Origin: Advenella kashmirensis
GTDB taxonomy: Bacteria; Pseudomonadota; Gammaproteobacteria; Burkholderiales; Burkholderiaceae_B
Direction: 5' to 3'
Length of the DNA: 32,000 nt
Assembly: GCA_040395835.1 (NCBI GenBank)
Contig: JBEBPQ010000025.1
Coordinates: 13,174 to 45,173, forward strand
The position numbers and the translations under genes were made by a program. Below, in pieces: positions 24,247-32,000 of this stretch. Each line of letters starts with the position of its first letter. Position 1 is the stretch's first letter. The notes below the pieces were generated by a model. It was not told where the DNA came from and did no database searches. It saw nothing but the letters and a program-made list of their open reading frames with translations.

Positions 24247-24289
24247 GTCTGTCTCCGTTATTTGTAATATTGGGTTTGTCCGGTCTGGA

Positions 24290-24850
24290 TTATTCGGTTT
24301 GCGTTGCCTGCTTTTCCTGCACAAACGCCAGCGCCTGATCGGTAAACTCCGCCGTGGGCGCATCGCCCGAGATCACAAACATCAGGATATGCTCCTGGTC
24401 AGGTTCATCGAATGTGATATTTTCAAAGCGGCGCACAACGCCGGCGGGGAAGGAGACCACATCCAGCGGGCCTACATCGACATACTGGGGGTCTGCTTCA
24501 TTCCAGGAGCAGCGCCACTTTCCTGTCATTGGGATAAAGGTTTCATTGGTATCATGATTATGCATCAATGGCCCATTGCCCGGCTTGCAGCGGCAGTAAC
24601 CGAGGTTAAAGCCTTCCCGGATCTTGATTGCGGCATTGCGTGCGGCCTCGGCGCCGACGGGCGAACCTGCCTGATGCGTTTCCTGTGGAGGTTGAAAACC
24701 GACCGCGTTGATCAGGGTGCGCCTGGAACCTTCTATCTTGCTATCGGGCAGGCCGCCATCAAAGCCTTTCATATCCTTGAAATAGGCGATTCTCCCGCGC
24801 ATTTGCTCGTAGCTCAGCTCTGTGGTTTCGATTTTCTGGCTTGTCTTCAT
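24290..24850 (-). CDS. Cupin-domain protein (186 aa)
   Basis: ATG at 24850 with SD GGAGA 5 nt upstream. Cupin motif 1, G-x5-H-x-H-x3-E-x6-G, reads G(NGPLM)HNH(DTN)E(TFIPMT)G. The track's N-terminal extension overlaps the hydrolase gene. Confidence 0.8.
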   Translation of the reverse strand: MKTSQKIETTELSYEQMRGRIAYFKDMKGFDGGLPDSKIEGSRRTLINAVGFQPPQETHQAGSPVGAEAARNAAIKIREGFNLGYCRCKPGNGPLMHNHDTNETFIPMTGKWRCSWNEADPQYVDVGPLDVVSFPAGVVRRFENITFDEPDQEHILMFVISGDAPTAEFTDQALAFVQEKQATQTE

Positions 24851-24905
24851 CAGTGTCTCCTGCGATAAATTTTTTAGGATGGGGAAGGGAAGAGGATTGA
24901 GGCGG

Positions 24906-25709
24906 CTAAGGTCTGGTTTCGACGCCGATAATCTCGTTGAAGCGCTCCGTGTTAAGAATATAGGGGTAATGTCCGCCCTGTGAGAGACTGTATATCCGCG
25001 CGTTGGGATAGCAGCGGCGCAGCTCGAGCCTAGAGTCCATATCGATGATGGCATCGTCTTCGCAGTCAATGATGGCGATTGGATCGGCTTTAAGGGTAAT
25101 CGGTTGGCATGCGTTTGCCAGCGTTAGCAATCGCGCTTGCAACTGGCCGGCGTTGTCCGGCTGGCGTAGAAAGGCCAGCAGCATGTCGGATAATTCCGAG
25201 GAGCCGTTTGACGCGACATTGGCTTCGATTCGTTGGCGCCACAAGGCAAGCAGATCCAGCGCGGAGAGGGTATTCGCGTTGACCGGATTAAATAGCGGTG
25301 TGGCGAGAATGCGTTGCGCCTGTATGAAACTGTTGCCAATGATGAGTTTCCTGACGGAAAGCGGGTGCGTTTCATAGAACTTTTGTGCAATATAGCCGCC
25401 CAGCGAGGTGCCGAAGAGGTATACCTGGGGAATTTCCAGTTGCGCAAGCAATTGCTCGAGCGAATGCACAATCAGCCCGGGATCGGAGATGGCGGGATAA
25501 TTAGCCGAGATGACCCGCATCTGGGCATGCAGAGGCAGGACCTGCTTGTAGAAGGATTCGGCGGTACCGAGTGCGCCTGGAAGCAGCAGCAAGGGTGTGG
25601 CGTCGGAAGAAGCCGCGCCGGTATCGATGAGTGTCCATTTCAGATTCGCAACCATCCTCTCCTGGGGTTGGCATTGCGCTCGCAATTGCTTGATACGTTC
25701 TGGCAGCAT
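24906..25709 (-). CDS. Alpha/beta-fold hydrolase (267 aa)
   Basis: ATG at 25709 preceded by GGAAGGGA (the track start at 25727 is a TTG). PLLLLPGALGTAESF oxyanion region. Nucleophile elbow GTSLGG. C-terminal GGHYP (His of the triad). Confidence 0.85.
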   Translation of the reverse strand: MLPERIKQLRAQCQPQERMVANLKWTLIDTGAASSDATPLLLLPGALGTAESFYKQVLPLHAQMRVISANYPAISDPGLIVHSLEQLLAQLEIPQVYLFGTSLGGYIAQKFYETHPLSVRKLIIGNSFIQAQRILATPLFNPVNANTLSALDLLALWRQRIEANVASNGSSELSDMLLAFLRQPDNAGQLQARLLTLANACQPITLKADPIAIIDCEDDAIIDMDSRLELRRCYPNARIYSLSQGGHYPYILNTERFNEIIGVETRP

Positions 25710-25961
25710 GATTTCCCTTCCATTCAAATTCCAGGAAAAGTGTAGGGAAAAGCGGGAGATTGGGCTAATACCGAATATGCATGCGCGCGATACATGTAAA
25801 TTATGTCGTTGCGCAGTACGCTACCAAGAGATGTAAGTCGAGGCGGCGCGCCGGAAAACCGATTATGATTGACGAGCGTTCCGGAGACCCAGCAAGCAGG
25901 GCATCGCCCCGGCCGGGTCATCCGGGAAAATATATCGACGACTCAAGCCTCGGGACAGAAA

Positions 25962-26543
25962 ATGGATTCACATATTGCCGCAGTACCTTTGGAGAAATCA
26001 TATCGGCTGATCAATCATGGACCCACCGTGTTGGTGTCGGCGCATCATGCCGGGGTCGATGATGTGATGGCCGCGGCCTGGGCGTGCGCGCTGGATTTTT
26101 CCCCGCCAAAGGTGATGGTGGTGCTGGACAAAATGACACGGACCCGCCAACTGGTCGAGGATAGTGGCATGTTTGCCATCCAGGTGCCCACGGTGGCGCA
26201 ATTGCAGCTTACCCACGAGCTAGGTACCGTAAGCCTGGCAGAGGAGTCGGACAAGCTGGCAAAATCGGGGGCGCGATTGTTTCGCATGACTGGCCATGAT
26301 TTGCCGCTGGTTGCCGGTTGCGCCGGCTGGCTGGCCTGCAAGGTGCTGCGCGAACCCCATAACCAGCAGGCATATGACCTCTTTATCGGCGAGGTGATGG
26401 GCGCCTGGTCGGATACGCGGGTATTTGCCGGCGGGCATTGGCATTTCACGGAGGCAGATCCGGCGTGGCGCAGCCTGCACTACATTGCCGGCGGCCAATA
26501 TTACGCGATCGGCGAATCGCTTACGGTGCCTGCAAAAGCGTGA
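25962..26543 (+). CDS. Flavin reductase-family protein (FMN-binding split barrel, 193 aa)
   Basis: From the ATG at 25962: INHGPTVLVSAHHAGVDDVMAAAWACALDFSPPKVMVVLDKMTRTRQLVEDSGMFAIQV...AYDLFIGEV is the flavin reductase-like domain pattern. Confidence 0.85.
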   Translation: MDSHIAAVPLEKSYRLINHGPTVLVSAHHAGVDDVMAAAWACALDFSPPKVMVVLDKMTRTRQLVEDSGMFAIQVPTVAQLQLTHELGTVSLAEESDKLAKSGARLFRMTGHDLPLVAGCAGWLACKVLREPHNQQAYDLFIGEVMGAWSDTRVFAGGHWHFTEADPAWRSLHYIAGGQYYAIGESLTVPAKA

Positions 26544-26697
26544 AGCGCGCCGCAACCCCGCTGGCAGCGCAGCGTAACGGCGGCACGGCATGGGGATTAT
26601 GGACGTCATCAGAAATTATGATTAGACGTCATGGCATCGGACGGCTTATTGTGACATTTCATGACAAACCATAAACACAATGATCCGGGAGACAATC

Positions 26698-28014
26698 ATG
26701 AAACTCAAGCTGACCCCGTGGGTGGGCATGCTGCTTGCGGCCGCCACCTCTGTTCATGCGGGCACCGTGACCGTCATTACTTCCTTTCCCAAGGAACTGA
26801 CGCAGGCCTATAAATCGGCGTTTGAAAAAGCCAATCCTGATATCAAACTGGAGATCCTGAATAAAAACACGGTCTCTGGCATTGCCTATGTTAAGGAGAC
26901 GGAAGAGGGCAGGAGGCCCGAGGTATTCTGGGCCAGCGCGCCGGACGCCTTCGAAGTCCTGGGTGCCTCCGGCCTGCTGGAAAAGGCGCCGGATGTCGCC
27001 AACCCCGACGTACCGGACAAGATTGGCAGCTTCCCCATCAATGATCCCGGCGGCCTGTTCTACGGTCAGGCACTGGCCGGCTACGGGATCATGTATAACA
27101 CGCGCTTGCTTAAAGCCAGGAAATTGACGCCACCGCAATCCTGGAACGATTTGCTCGGACCGGAATGGTTCGGCAATGTAGGCATGACATCTCCATCTCG
27201 CTCGGGGACACAGCATTTGACCGTGGAAACCATCTTGCAGGGAGAGGGCTGGGAGCAGGGGTGGAACACCATAATCCGGATGGCGGGCAACAGCAAGGTT
27301 TTGACCGACCGCTCTTTTGGCGTTCCCGATGGCATCAATAACGGGCAGTTTGGCGCGGGGCCCGTTATTGATTTTTTCGGCCTTTCCAGCAAGTATTCGA
27401 AATTCCCGGTGGAGTTTGTCTATCCGGAAGAGACGGCCATTGTGCCGGCGAATATTGCTTTGATAAAAGGCGCCAAGAATACGCCCGAAGGCAAGAAATT
27501 CATTCAGTTCGCGCTCGGCAAGGACGGGCAGGCCTTGCTGCTCAAGCCCGAGATTTCCCGCTTGCCGGTATTGCCATATGCCAGCATGGACAATATTCCG
27601 GAAGGCTATCCCGATCCGCAAAAGCTGGCCGAGCGCAGCAAGGTGCATTTCGATACCGATCTGTCGCAGAAGCGCTATTTCATCGTCCAATCGCTGTTTG
27701 ACCAGACAATCACTTTCCGTCACAAGGATTTGCAGAACGCAACCTCGGCAATCCTGAATGCGGAAAAGAAACTCGCGCAAGCGCCTAGCGATAAAGGTAA
27801 AGCCATGCTTGATGAGGCGAAGAAACTGGCATGGACGCCGTTGATCAGCGATAGCGAGGCGTTATCCGATGATATCCAGAAAGTTTTCCAGGGAGACAAG
27901 AAAGATGTGAGTGTCAGTCAGGCGCTCTCAAAGCTTCAGGGCGACTGGAATAGCAAGGCCGCTGCCAACTATAAAAAGGCGGTTGAGCTGGCGAACCAGG
28001 CCGCATCGCTGTAG
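26698..28014 (+). CDS. ABC transporter periplasmic substrate-binding protein (Fe3+/polyamine-type, COG1840-like) with a roughly 100-aa helical C-terminal extension
   Basis: SD GGGAGA 6 nt before the ATG at 26698. Signal peptide MKLKLTPWVGMLLAAATSVHA|. GTVTVITSFPKELTQAYKSAFEKANPDIKLEI...EVFWASAPDAFE...SGT. Lys/Ala/Glu-rich tail from about aa 330. Confidence 0.85.
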   Translation: MKLKLTPWVGMLLAAATSVHAGTVTVITSFPKELTQAYKSAFEKANPDIKLEILNKNTVSGIAYVKETEEGRRPEVFWASAPDAFEVLGASGLLEKAPDVANPDVPDKIGSFPINDPGGLFYGQALAGYGIMYNTRLLKARKLTPPQSWNDLLGPEWFGNVGMTSPSRSGTQHLTVETILQGEGWEQGWNTIIRMAGNSKVLTDRSFGVPDGINNGQFGAGPVIDFFGLSSKYSKFPVEFVYPEETAIVPANIALIKGAKNTPEGKKFIQFALGKDGQALLLKPEISRLPVLPYASMDNIPEGYPDPQKLAERSKVHFDTDLSQKRYFIVQSLFDQTITFRHKDLQNATSAILNAEKKLAQAPSDKGKAMLDEAKKLAWTPLISDSEALSDDIQKVFQGDKKDVSVSQALSKLQGDWNSKAAANYKKAVELANQAASL

Positions 28015-28079
28015 TCGCCGATTTGCGCTTTTCCTACTCTCGGGCATGATGTCGGCATCATGCCCGCTCGGATGATGAC

Positions 28080-29780
28080 ATGCCTACACACTCAATGAAA
28101 TTCCCCCCGGGTCTGGTGCTGATCGCCTTGCTTGTTTTCGGCTTTCTGCTGACATTTCTGGTTGTGCCCGTCAGCAATGTGTTTTACACCGCGTTCTCCG
28201 ACGCGGACGGCAGTTTCACGCTCGGTCATTTTGGCGCCTTTTTCGAACAGCCATTGCTGAACGAGTCGTTCTACAACAGCCTGTACGTCTCGATCATGTC
28301 GGTGGTCTTCGCGTCGCTGATCGCTGTGCCGCTGGCTTACCTGACAGTTCGATTCCGGTTCCGGGGGGCGCTGATTATCCAGACACTCGGCGTGCTCCCC
28401 TTGATCATGCCGCCCTTTGTCGGCGCCGTCGCCTTGCAATTGATCTTCGGCACCTCAGGTTCGGTCAACCTGATATTGCAGGAGTGGTTCGATATCACGC
28501 TGCCGATCATGGACGGGTTGAACGGCGTGATTTTTGTCGAATCCATCCATTATTTTCCGTTTATCTTGCTGAATCTGACCGTCGCCATGCGCAACATCGA
28601 TGGCGCCATGGAAGAAGCCGCATTGAACCTGGGCGCGCGCGGCTGGCGTTTGTTTCGCCGTATTATTTTCCCGCTGGCATTGCCGGGCTATGTTGCCGGC
28701 GCTTCGCTAGTCTTTGTCAAGGTTTTCGACGATCTGGGTACACCGCTGGTGCTGGGGATTACCAATATGCTGGCGCCGCAGGCCTATTTGCGCATCACGC
28801 AAGTGGGCATCGACGATCCGCTGGGTTATGTTATCAGTGTTCTGATGATTGTATTTTCCATTCTTGCGCTGTGGTTGTCGGCCGGCGTGCTCAAGAACAA
28901 GGATTACTCCACGCTGCAAAAGGGTGGCAATTCGATCCAGCGGCGCAACCTGGGCAAGGGGGAAAGCATTCTGGCCTATGGCTGGATCATCCTGGTGCTA
29001 TTGCTGGTGCTGTCACCGCATTTCGGGGTCTTGCTGCTTTCGCTGGCCACCGTATGGAGTTACGCACCGTTGCCCGATGGCTATACGTTGAGCCATTTTG
29101 CCGAAGTGTTCAGCAATTCGAATGACATGATGCTCAATACGCTACTTTATTGCGGCCTGGCCGCGGGGATCGATGTGGTGCTGGGAACGGCGATTGCCTA
29201 TCTGATTCTTCGTACGCGCCTGCCCGCGCGGCGATGGTTGGACTGGACGGCGTCGGCGGCGTTGGCGGTACCCGGAATTGTATTGGCGATCGGCTATCTG
29301 CGGACGTTCCGTGGCTGGGAAGTGCCGGGAACCGATACCATGCTGACCTCGACCTGGATCATCATCATGCTGGCTTATTCCGTAAGGCGACTGCCCTATG
29401 CCTTGCGGTCTTGCATCGCGGCCTTGCAGCAAATCAATGTCTCCCTGGAGGAGGCGGCCGCTTCCGTGGGCGCCAGGCGCCACCGGATCATCCGGCGTGT
29501 CGTCGTGCCGCTGATGGCGGGCGGGATTCTGGCCGGTTTCGTCACCAGTTTCATTACCGCCGCGGTGGAACTGTCGGCAACCATCATGCTGGTGAGCCGC
29601 GATAGCGACGCGCCCATGAGCTATGGTATTTACCTTTTCATGCAAAGCGCCTCCGGCAGGGGGCCGGGTGCGGCGCTGGGCGTGCTGGCTATTATAGTTG
29701 TGGCGCTGGGCACGTATGCGTCACATATAATCGTAGAAAAAGCTTCATCGCGCACGCGGCCGGTGCGCATAGAACAATAG
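28080..29780 (+). CDS. ABC transporter permease, duplicated (two BPD-type halves, FbpB/AfuB-like, 566 aa)
   Basis: 12 hydrophobic segments and two EAA loops (MEEAALNLGARGWRLFRRIIFPL and LEEAAASVGARRHRIIRRVVVPL). Confidence 0.9.
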   Translation: MPTHSMKFPPGLVLIALLVFGFLLTFLVVPVSNVFYTAFSDADGSFTLGHFGAFFEQPLLNESFYNSLYVSIMSVVFASLIAVPLAYLTVRFRFRGALIIQTLGVLPLIMPPFVGAVALQLIFGTSGSVNLILQEWFDITLPIMDGLNGVIFVESIHYFPFILLNLTVAMRNIDGAMEEAALNLGARGWRLFRRIIFPLALPGYVAGASLVFVKVFDDLGTPLVLGITNMLAPQAYLRITQVGIDDPLGYVISVLMIVFSILALWLSAGVLKNKDYSTLQKGGNSIQRRNLGKGESILAYGWIILVLLLVLSPHFGVLLLSLATVWSYAPLPDGYTLSHFAEVFSNSNDMMLNTLLYCGLAAGIDVVLGTAIAYLILRTRLPARRWLDWTASAALAVPGIVLAIGYLRTFRGWEVPGTDTMLTSTWIIIMLAYSVRRLPYALRSCIAALQQINVSLEEAAASVGARRHRIIRRVVVPLMAGGILAGFVTSFITAAVELSATIMLVSRDSDAPMSYGIYLFMQSASGRGPGAALGVLAIIVVALGTYASHIIVEKASSRTRPVRIEQ

Positions 29781-29790
29781 GGTGGGTCAG

Positions 29791-30876
29791 ATGAAAAAAG
29801 TAAGTGTAGAATGCCGCAACATTCGATTGTCCTATGGCGCGACAGAAGTATTGAAAGATATCGATATCCTGATCGAACCGGGAGAGTTCTTTGCCTTGCT
29901 TGGGCCGTCCGGTTCCGGCAAGTCGACGCTATTGCGCCTGATCGCGGGTTTCAACCAGCATGATTGCGGGCAGTTGCTGGTCGATGGAAAGGATATCAGC
30001 AGCATACCGCCGCATCGGCGCAATATTGGCATGGTGTTTCAGAACTATGCCTTGTGGCCACACATGACGGTGTGGGACAACGTGGCTTTTGGTCTGGTGG
30101 AGCGCCGGCTACCGGCCGCGCAGATTCGCGAGAAGGTGGCGGCGGCCCTGGAGCTGGTGAATCTGTCCGCATTCGCCCGGCGGCGCCCCAACGAACTTTC
30201 CGGCGGGCAGCAGCAGCGCGTTGCGTTGGCGCGCACCATCGTGATCGAGCCGCAAGTCTTGTTGCTGGATGAACCGCTGTCCAATCTGGATAAAAACTTG
30301 CGGGTCCAGATGCGGCGGGAACTGCTGGCGCTGCAGCGACGCTTGGGTATCACCACGATTTTCGTGACACATGACCAGGAGGAGGCGATGACCACGGCGG
30401 ACCGCATGGCGGTGCTGGACAAGGGCGTTGTGCAGCAAGTCGGCAGCCCATCGACGTTGTTCGATTTCCCGGCCAACCGTTTCGTCGCCAATTTTGTCGG
30501 CACGATGAATGTGCTTGAGGGGCTGGTGAAACACCGCAGATATGACGGTGTCACGTTGAGCGTGGATGGGGTGGGTGATCTGAGCATTCCGGTCCAGGAT
30601 GAGCCGCCCGCCGGTGATCGGCTGGCGGCCAGTTTCCGGCCGCATTCGGTGCGGATCGACGCGGCCGGCAGCCATGCCGATGCGCAATACCTTTGGTTGC
30701 CAGGCGTGGTCCAGGAGCGGGAGTTCCTGGGAGAGTTCATTCGCTATCTGGTGCGAGTTGGAGACCAGAGCGTCACCGCCGATCAGTCTCATTTCGCCGG
30801 CTTGAGCCAGTTCCAGATCGGCGCACCGGTATCATTGGGGCTGGAGCCGTCCCAGATCCGGCTGCTCAATACCTGA
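29791..30876 (+). CDS. ABC transporter ATP-binding protein (FbpC/PotA-like, with C-terminal TOBE-type domain)
   Basis: Walker A GPSGSGKST, Q-loop, signature LSGGQQQRVALAR, Walker B LLLDEPLS, H-loop THDQ. ATG at 29791 (the track uses a GTG at 29782). Confidence 0.9.
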   Translation: MKKVSVECRNIRLSYGATEVLKDIDILIEPGEFFALLGPSGSGKSTLLRLIAGFNQHDCGQLLVDGKDISSIPPHRRNIGMVFQNYALWPHMTVWDNVAFGLVERRLPAAQIREKVAAALELVNLSAFARRRPNELSGGQQQRVALARTIVIEPQVLLLDEPLSNLDKNLRVQMRRELLALQRRLGITTIFVTHDQEEAMTTADRMAVLDKGVVQQVGSPSTLFDFPANRFVANFVGTMNVLEGLVKHRRYDGVTLSVDGVGDLSIPVQDEPPAGDRLAASFRPHSVRIDAAGSHADAQYLWLPGVVQEREFLGEFIRYLVRVGDQSVTADQSHFAGLSQFQIGAPVSLGLEPSQIRLLNT

Positions 30877-30881
30877 ACGAT

Positions 30882-31775
30882 ATGGAGATCTACCAGATAC
30901 GCGCATTTGTCGCCGTTGCCCGGGCCGGCAACCTGACGCGGGCTGCGGAGGCGCTGGCGTTGACCCAGCCCGCGGTCACCGGCCAAATCAAGGCGCTGGA
31001 GCAGGACCTCGGCATCGCTTTATTTGACCGTTCCGCCGGCAAGTTAAGTTTGTCCAAGGCTGGCGCGCAATTGTTCGATACTGCCGAGGAGTTGCTGAAT
31101 ATGGCGACAAGGTTGAAGGCGGAGGCGCGGCAACTGCAGGGGGAATTGCAGGGCGATATGATACTCGGTATTCCCGGGGAGCAGGCGCAATTCCTGCGAT
31201 TGGGCGAACTGGCATCGGAAGTCGTGCATACGCTTCCGCTGGTCGAACTCAAGACCACGATTCTGCCTTCCGAGGAGCTTATTGATCATATTCGCCTTGG
31301 AAAACTGACGACCGCCATGGTTATCGCCACCCATCCGCCAGCCGATGCGTTCTGGATGCCGCTCAGGACGGTGCGCTACCGGATCGCGCTGCCCAATAGC
31401 TTGAACACGCAGGCGGGCCAGGGAGGGTGGAAAGAGTTGTCTCAAATGCCTTGGCTGGATGGCATTCCCGGGTCGCATATCCATTTGCTGCTGCGGGCAC
31501 TGTTTGAACGCCATGGACTTGCGCCACGCATCGTGATGCAGAGCGCCGACATGTCGAATGCTGATGTCCTGGTTCGTGCCGATGCCGGCTGCGCCCTGTT
31601 GCGCGAGGACATCGCGATTGCAGGCGCCGCGCGCAACGAATTCGTGGTTTGGGGGCATACGATGGCCGAGGCGACGTTGGGATTCGTGGCCTCGCAAAAT
31701 CATATTACCGATCCGTTCGTTGTCGCGCTGATTTCGATTGTCCGGAAACTGTGGACGGAATCCACTTTCAAATGA
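30882..31775 (+). CDS. LysR-family transcriptional regulator (297 aa), 5 nt downstream of the ABC ATPase gene
   Basis: The ATG at 30882 gives MEIYQIRAFVAVARAGNLTRAAEALALTQPAVTGQIKALEQDLGIALFDR. The track's 63-aa N-terminal extension overlaps the ATPase gene and is Arg/Pro-rich. Confidence 0.9.
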   Translation: MEIYQIRAFVAVARAGNLTRAAEALALTQPAVTGQIKALEQDLGIALFDRSAGKLSLSKAGAQLFDTAEELLNMATRLKAEARQLQGELQGDMILGIPGEQAQFLRLGELASEVVHTLPLVELKTTILPSEELIDHIRLGKLTTAMVIATHPPADAFWMPLRTVRYRIALPNSLNTQAGQGGWKELSQMPWLDGIPGSHIHLLLRALFERHGLAPRIVMQSADMSNADVLVRADAGCALLREDIAIAGAARNEFVVWGHTMAEATLGFVASQNHITDPFVVALISIVRKLWTESTFK

Positions 31776-31828
31776 ACCCGACCATCTGAGCCGCGCCTGG
31801 CGGTTGCGATGCGCGGCCGGTTGCGCGC

Positions 31829-32000
31829 TTACTGCAGGGCAACCGCCATGTAGCTGGCGAGGACATTTCCTTCGGCGTCAAGCATATCCAGCCGGTTGCC
31901 ATGGATTTTGTATCCGGCAACGGTCTCAAGCGCGCGCAGAAATTCGCTTTCCTGCTGCATGGTGTCCTGGCAGGCCATCATCGTGCTGACCAGGCCTTTG
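31829..32000 (-). CDS. META-domain (HslJ-like) protein, C-terminal 56 aa; the 5' end lies beyond the window
   Basis: Hand translation of the minus strand: KGLVSTMMACQDTMQQESEFLRALETVAGYKIHGNRLDMLDAEGNVLASYMAVALQ, stop TAA (31829-31831). T.MaC.....E..fl.aL..v..y.i.g..L.l is the META-domain pattern. Confidence 0.7.
   Translation of the reverse strand, partial: KGLVSTMMACQDTMQQESEFLRALETVAGYKIHGNRLDMLDAEGNVLASYMAVALQ

Noticed and set aside
26600-26640. Possible Fur box or operator upstream of the ABC operon (cagaaattatgattaga, and a direct repeat of GACGTCAT 16 nt apart)
   Set aside because: Only one of three NATWAT hexamers fits cleanly. The match to the 19-bp Fur consensus is poor, and the substrate of the transporter is not established as iron. 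The GACGTCAT repeat is real but too short to interpret.
26659-27780. 373-aa minus-strand ORF opposite the ABC binding-protein gene
   Set aside because: The plus-strand frame has a signal peptide, an SD and family motifs. The antisense product has no recognisable domain and would overlap the whole gene.
30693-30881. 63-codon upstream extension of the LysR ORF overlapping the ABC ATPase gene
   Set aside because: LysR proteins start within a few residues of the wHTH. The ATG at 30882 gives exactly that (MEIYQIRAFVAV...). The extension is Arg/Pro/Gly-rich.
30045-31703. Antisense ORFs 30045..30740, 30109..30792 and 31044..31703
   Set aside because: They lie opposite the ABC ATPase (Walker A and B and signature motifs all present on the plus strand) and the LysR gene. 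Their compositions are shadow-ORF-like.
1-32000. Search by eye for CRISPR arrays, tRNA/rRNA genes, IS elements, integrases and toxin-antitoxin pairs
   Set aside because: I saw no regularly spaced direct repeats, no tRNA-like cloverleaf candidates in intergenic regions, and no DDE-transposase, tyrosine-recombinase or typical TA motifs in any of the listed ORFs. This was only a visual scan; tRNAscan/Infernal and ISfinder-type searches would be needed for certainty.

Overview
This is a 32-kb chromosomal window with about 33 protein-coding genes. It probably comes from a betaproteobacterium of Burkholderiales type, judged only from a Bug/TctC-family binding protein, many LysR regulators and high GC. 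I found no rRNA, tRNA, CRISPR array, transposase or integrase. Gene order, left to right:
- a LysR gene fragment
- a divergent pair of tiny secreted Tyr/Arg-rich proteins
- a general-stress-type cluster (DUF1328, DUF4142, CsbD, DUF3008, YghA-like SDR)
- a decayed cinA/pncC pseudogene
- a LysE exporter
- a TPM-domain membrane protein
- leuA, with a structured leader
- an AraC regulator
- a ggt-bug operon with a divergent LysR
- an MFS/HTH pair
- a LysR plus MFS-cupin-hydrolase operon
- a flavin reductase
- a Fe3+/polyamine-type ABC importer with a co-transcribed LysR
- a META/HslJ-like gene fragment

The stand-out is a visibly more AT-rich two-gene cassette on the minus strand (14373-19522) with an ATGA stop/start overlap. 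The first gene encodes a TIR domain, one TM helix and about 650 aa of WD40/PD40-like beta-propeller, which is a Toll-like-receptor topology. The second encodes two TM helices with a degenerate K-channel-like pore loop, two TrkA_N/RCK Rossmann modules and a C-terminal RyR domain. I do not recognise this pairing as any described TIR system, and I propose it as a candidate novel TIR-based signalling or abortive-infection module. All domain calls come from reading motifs by eye; no searches were run.
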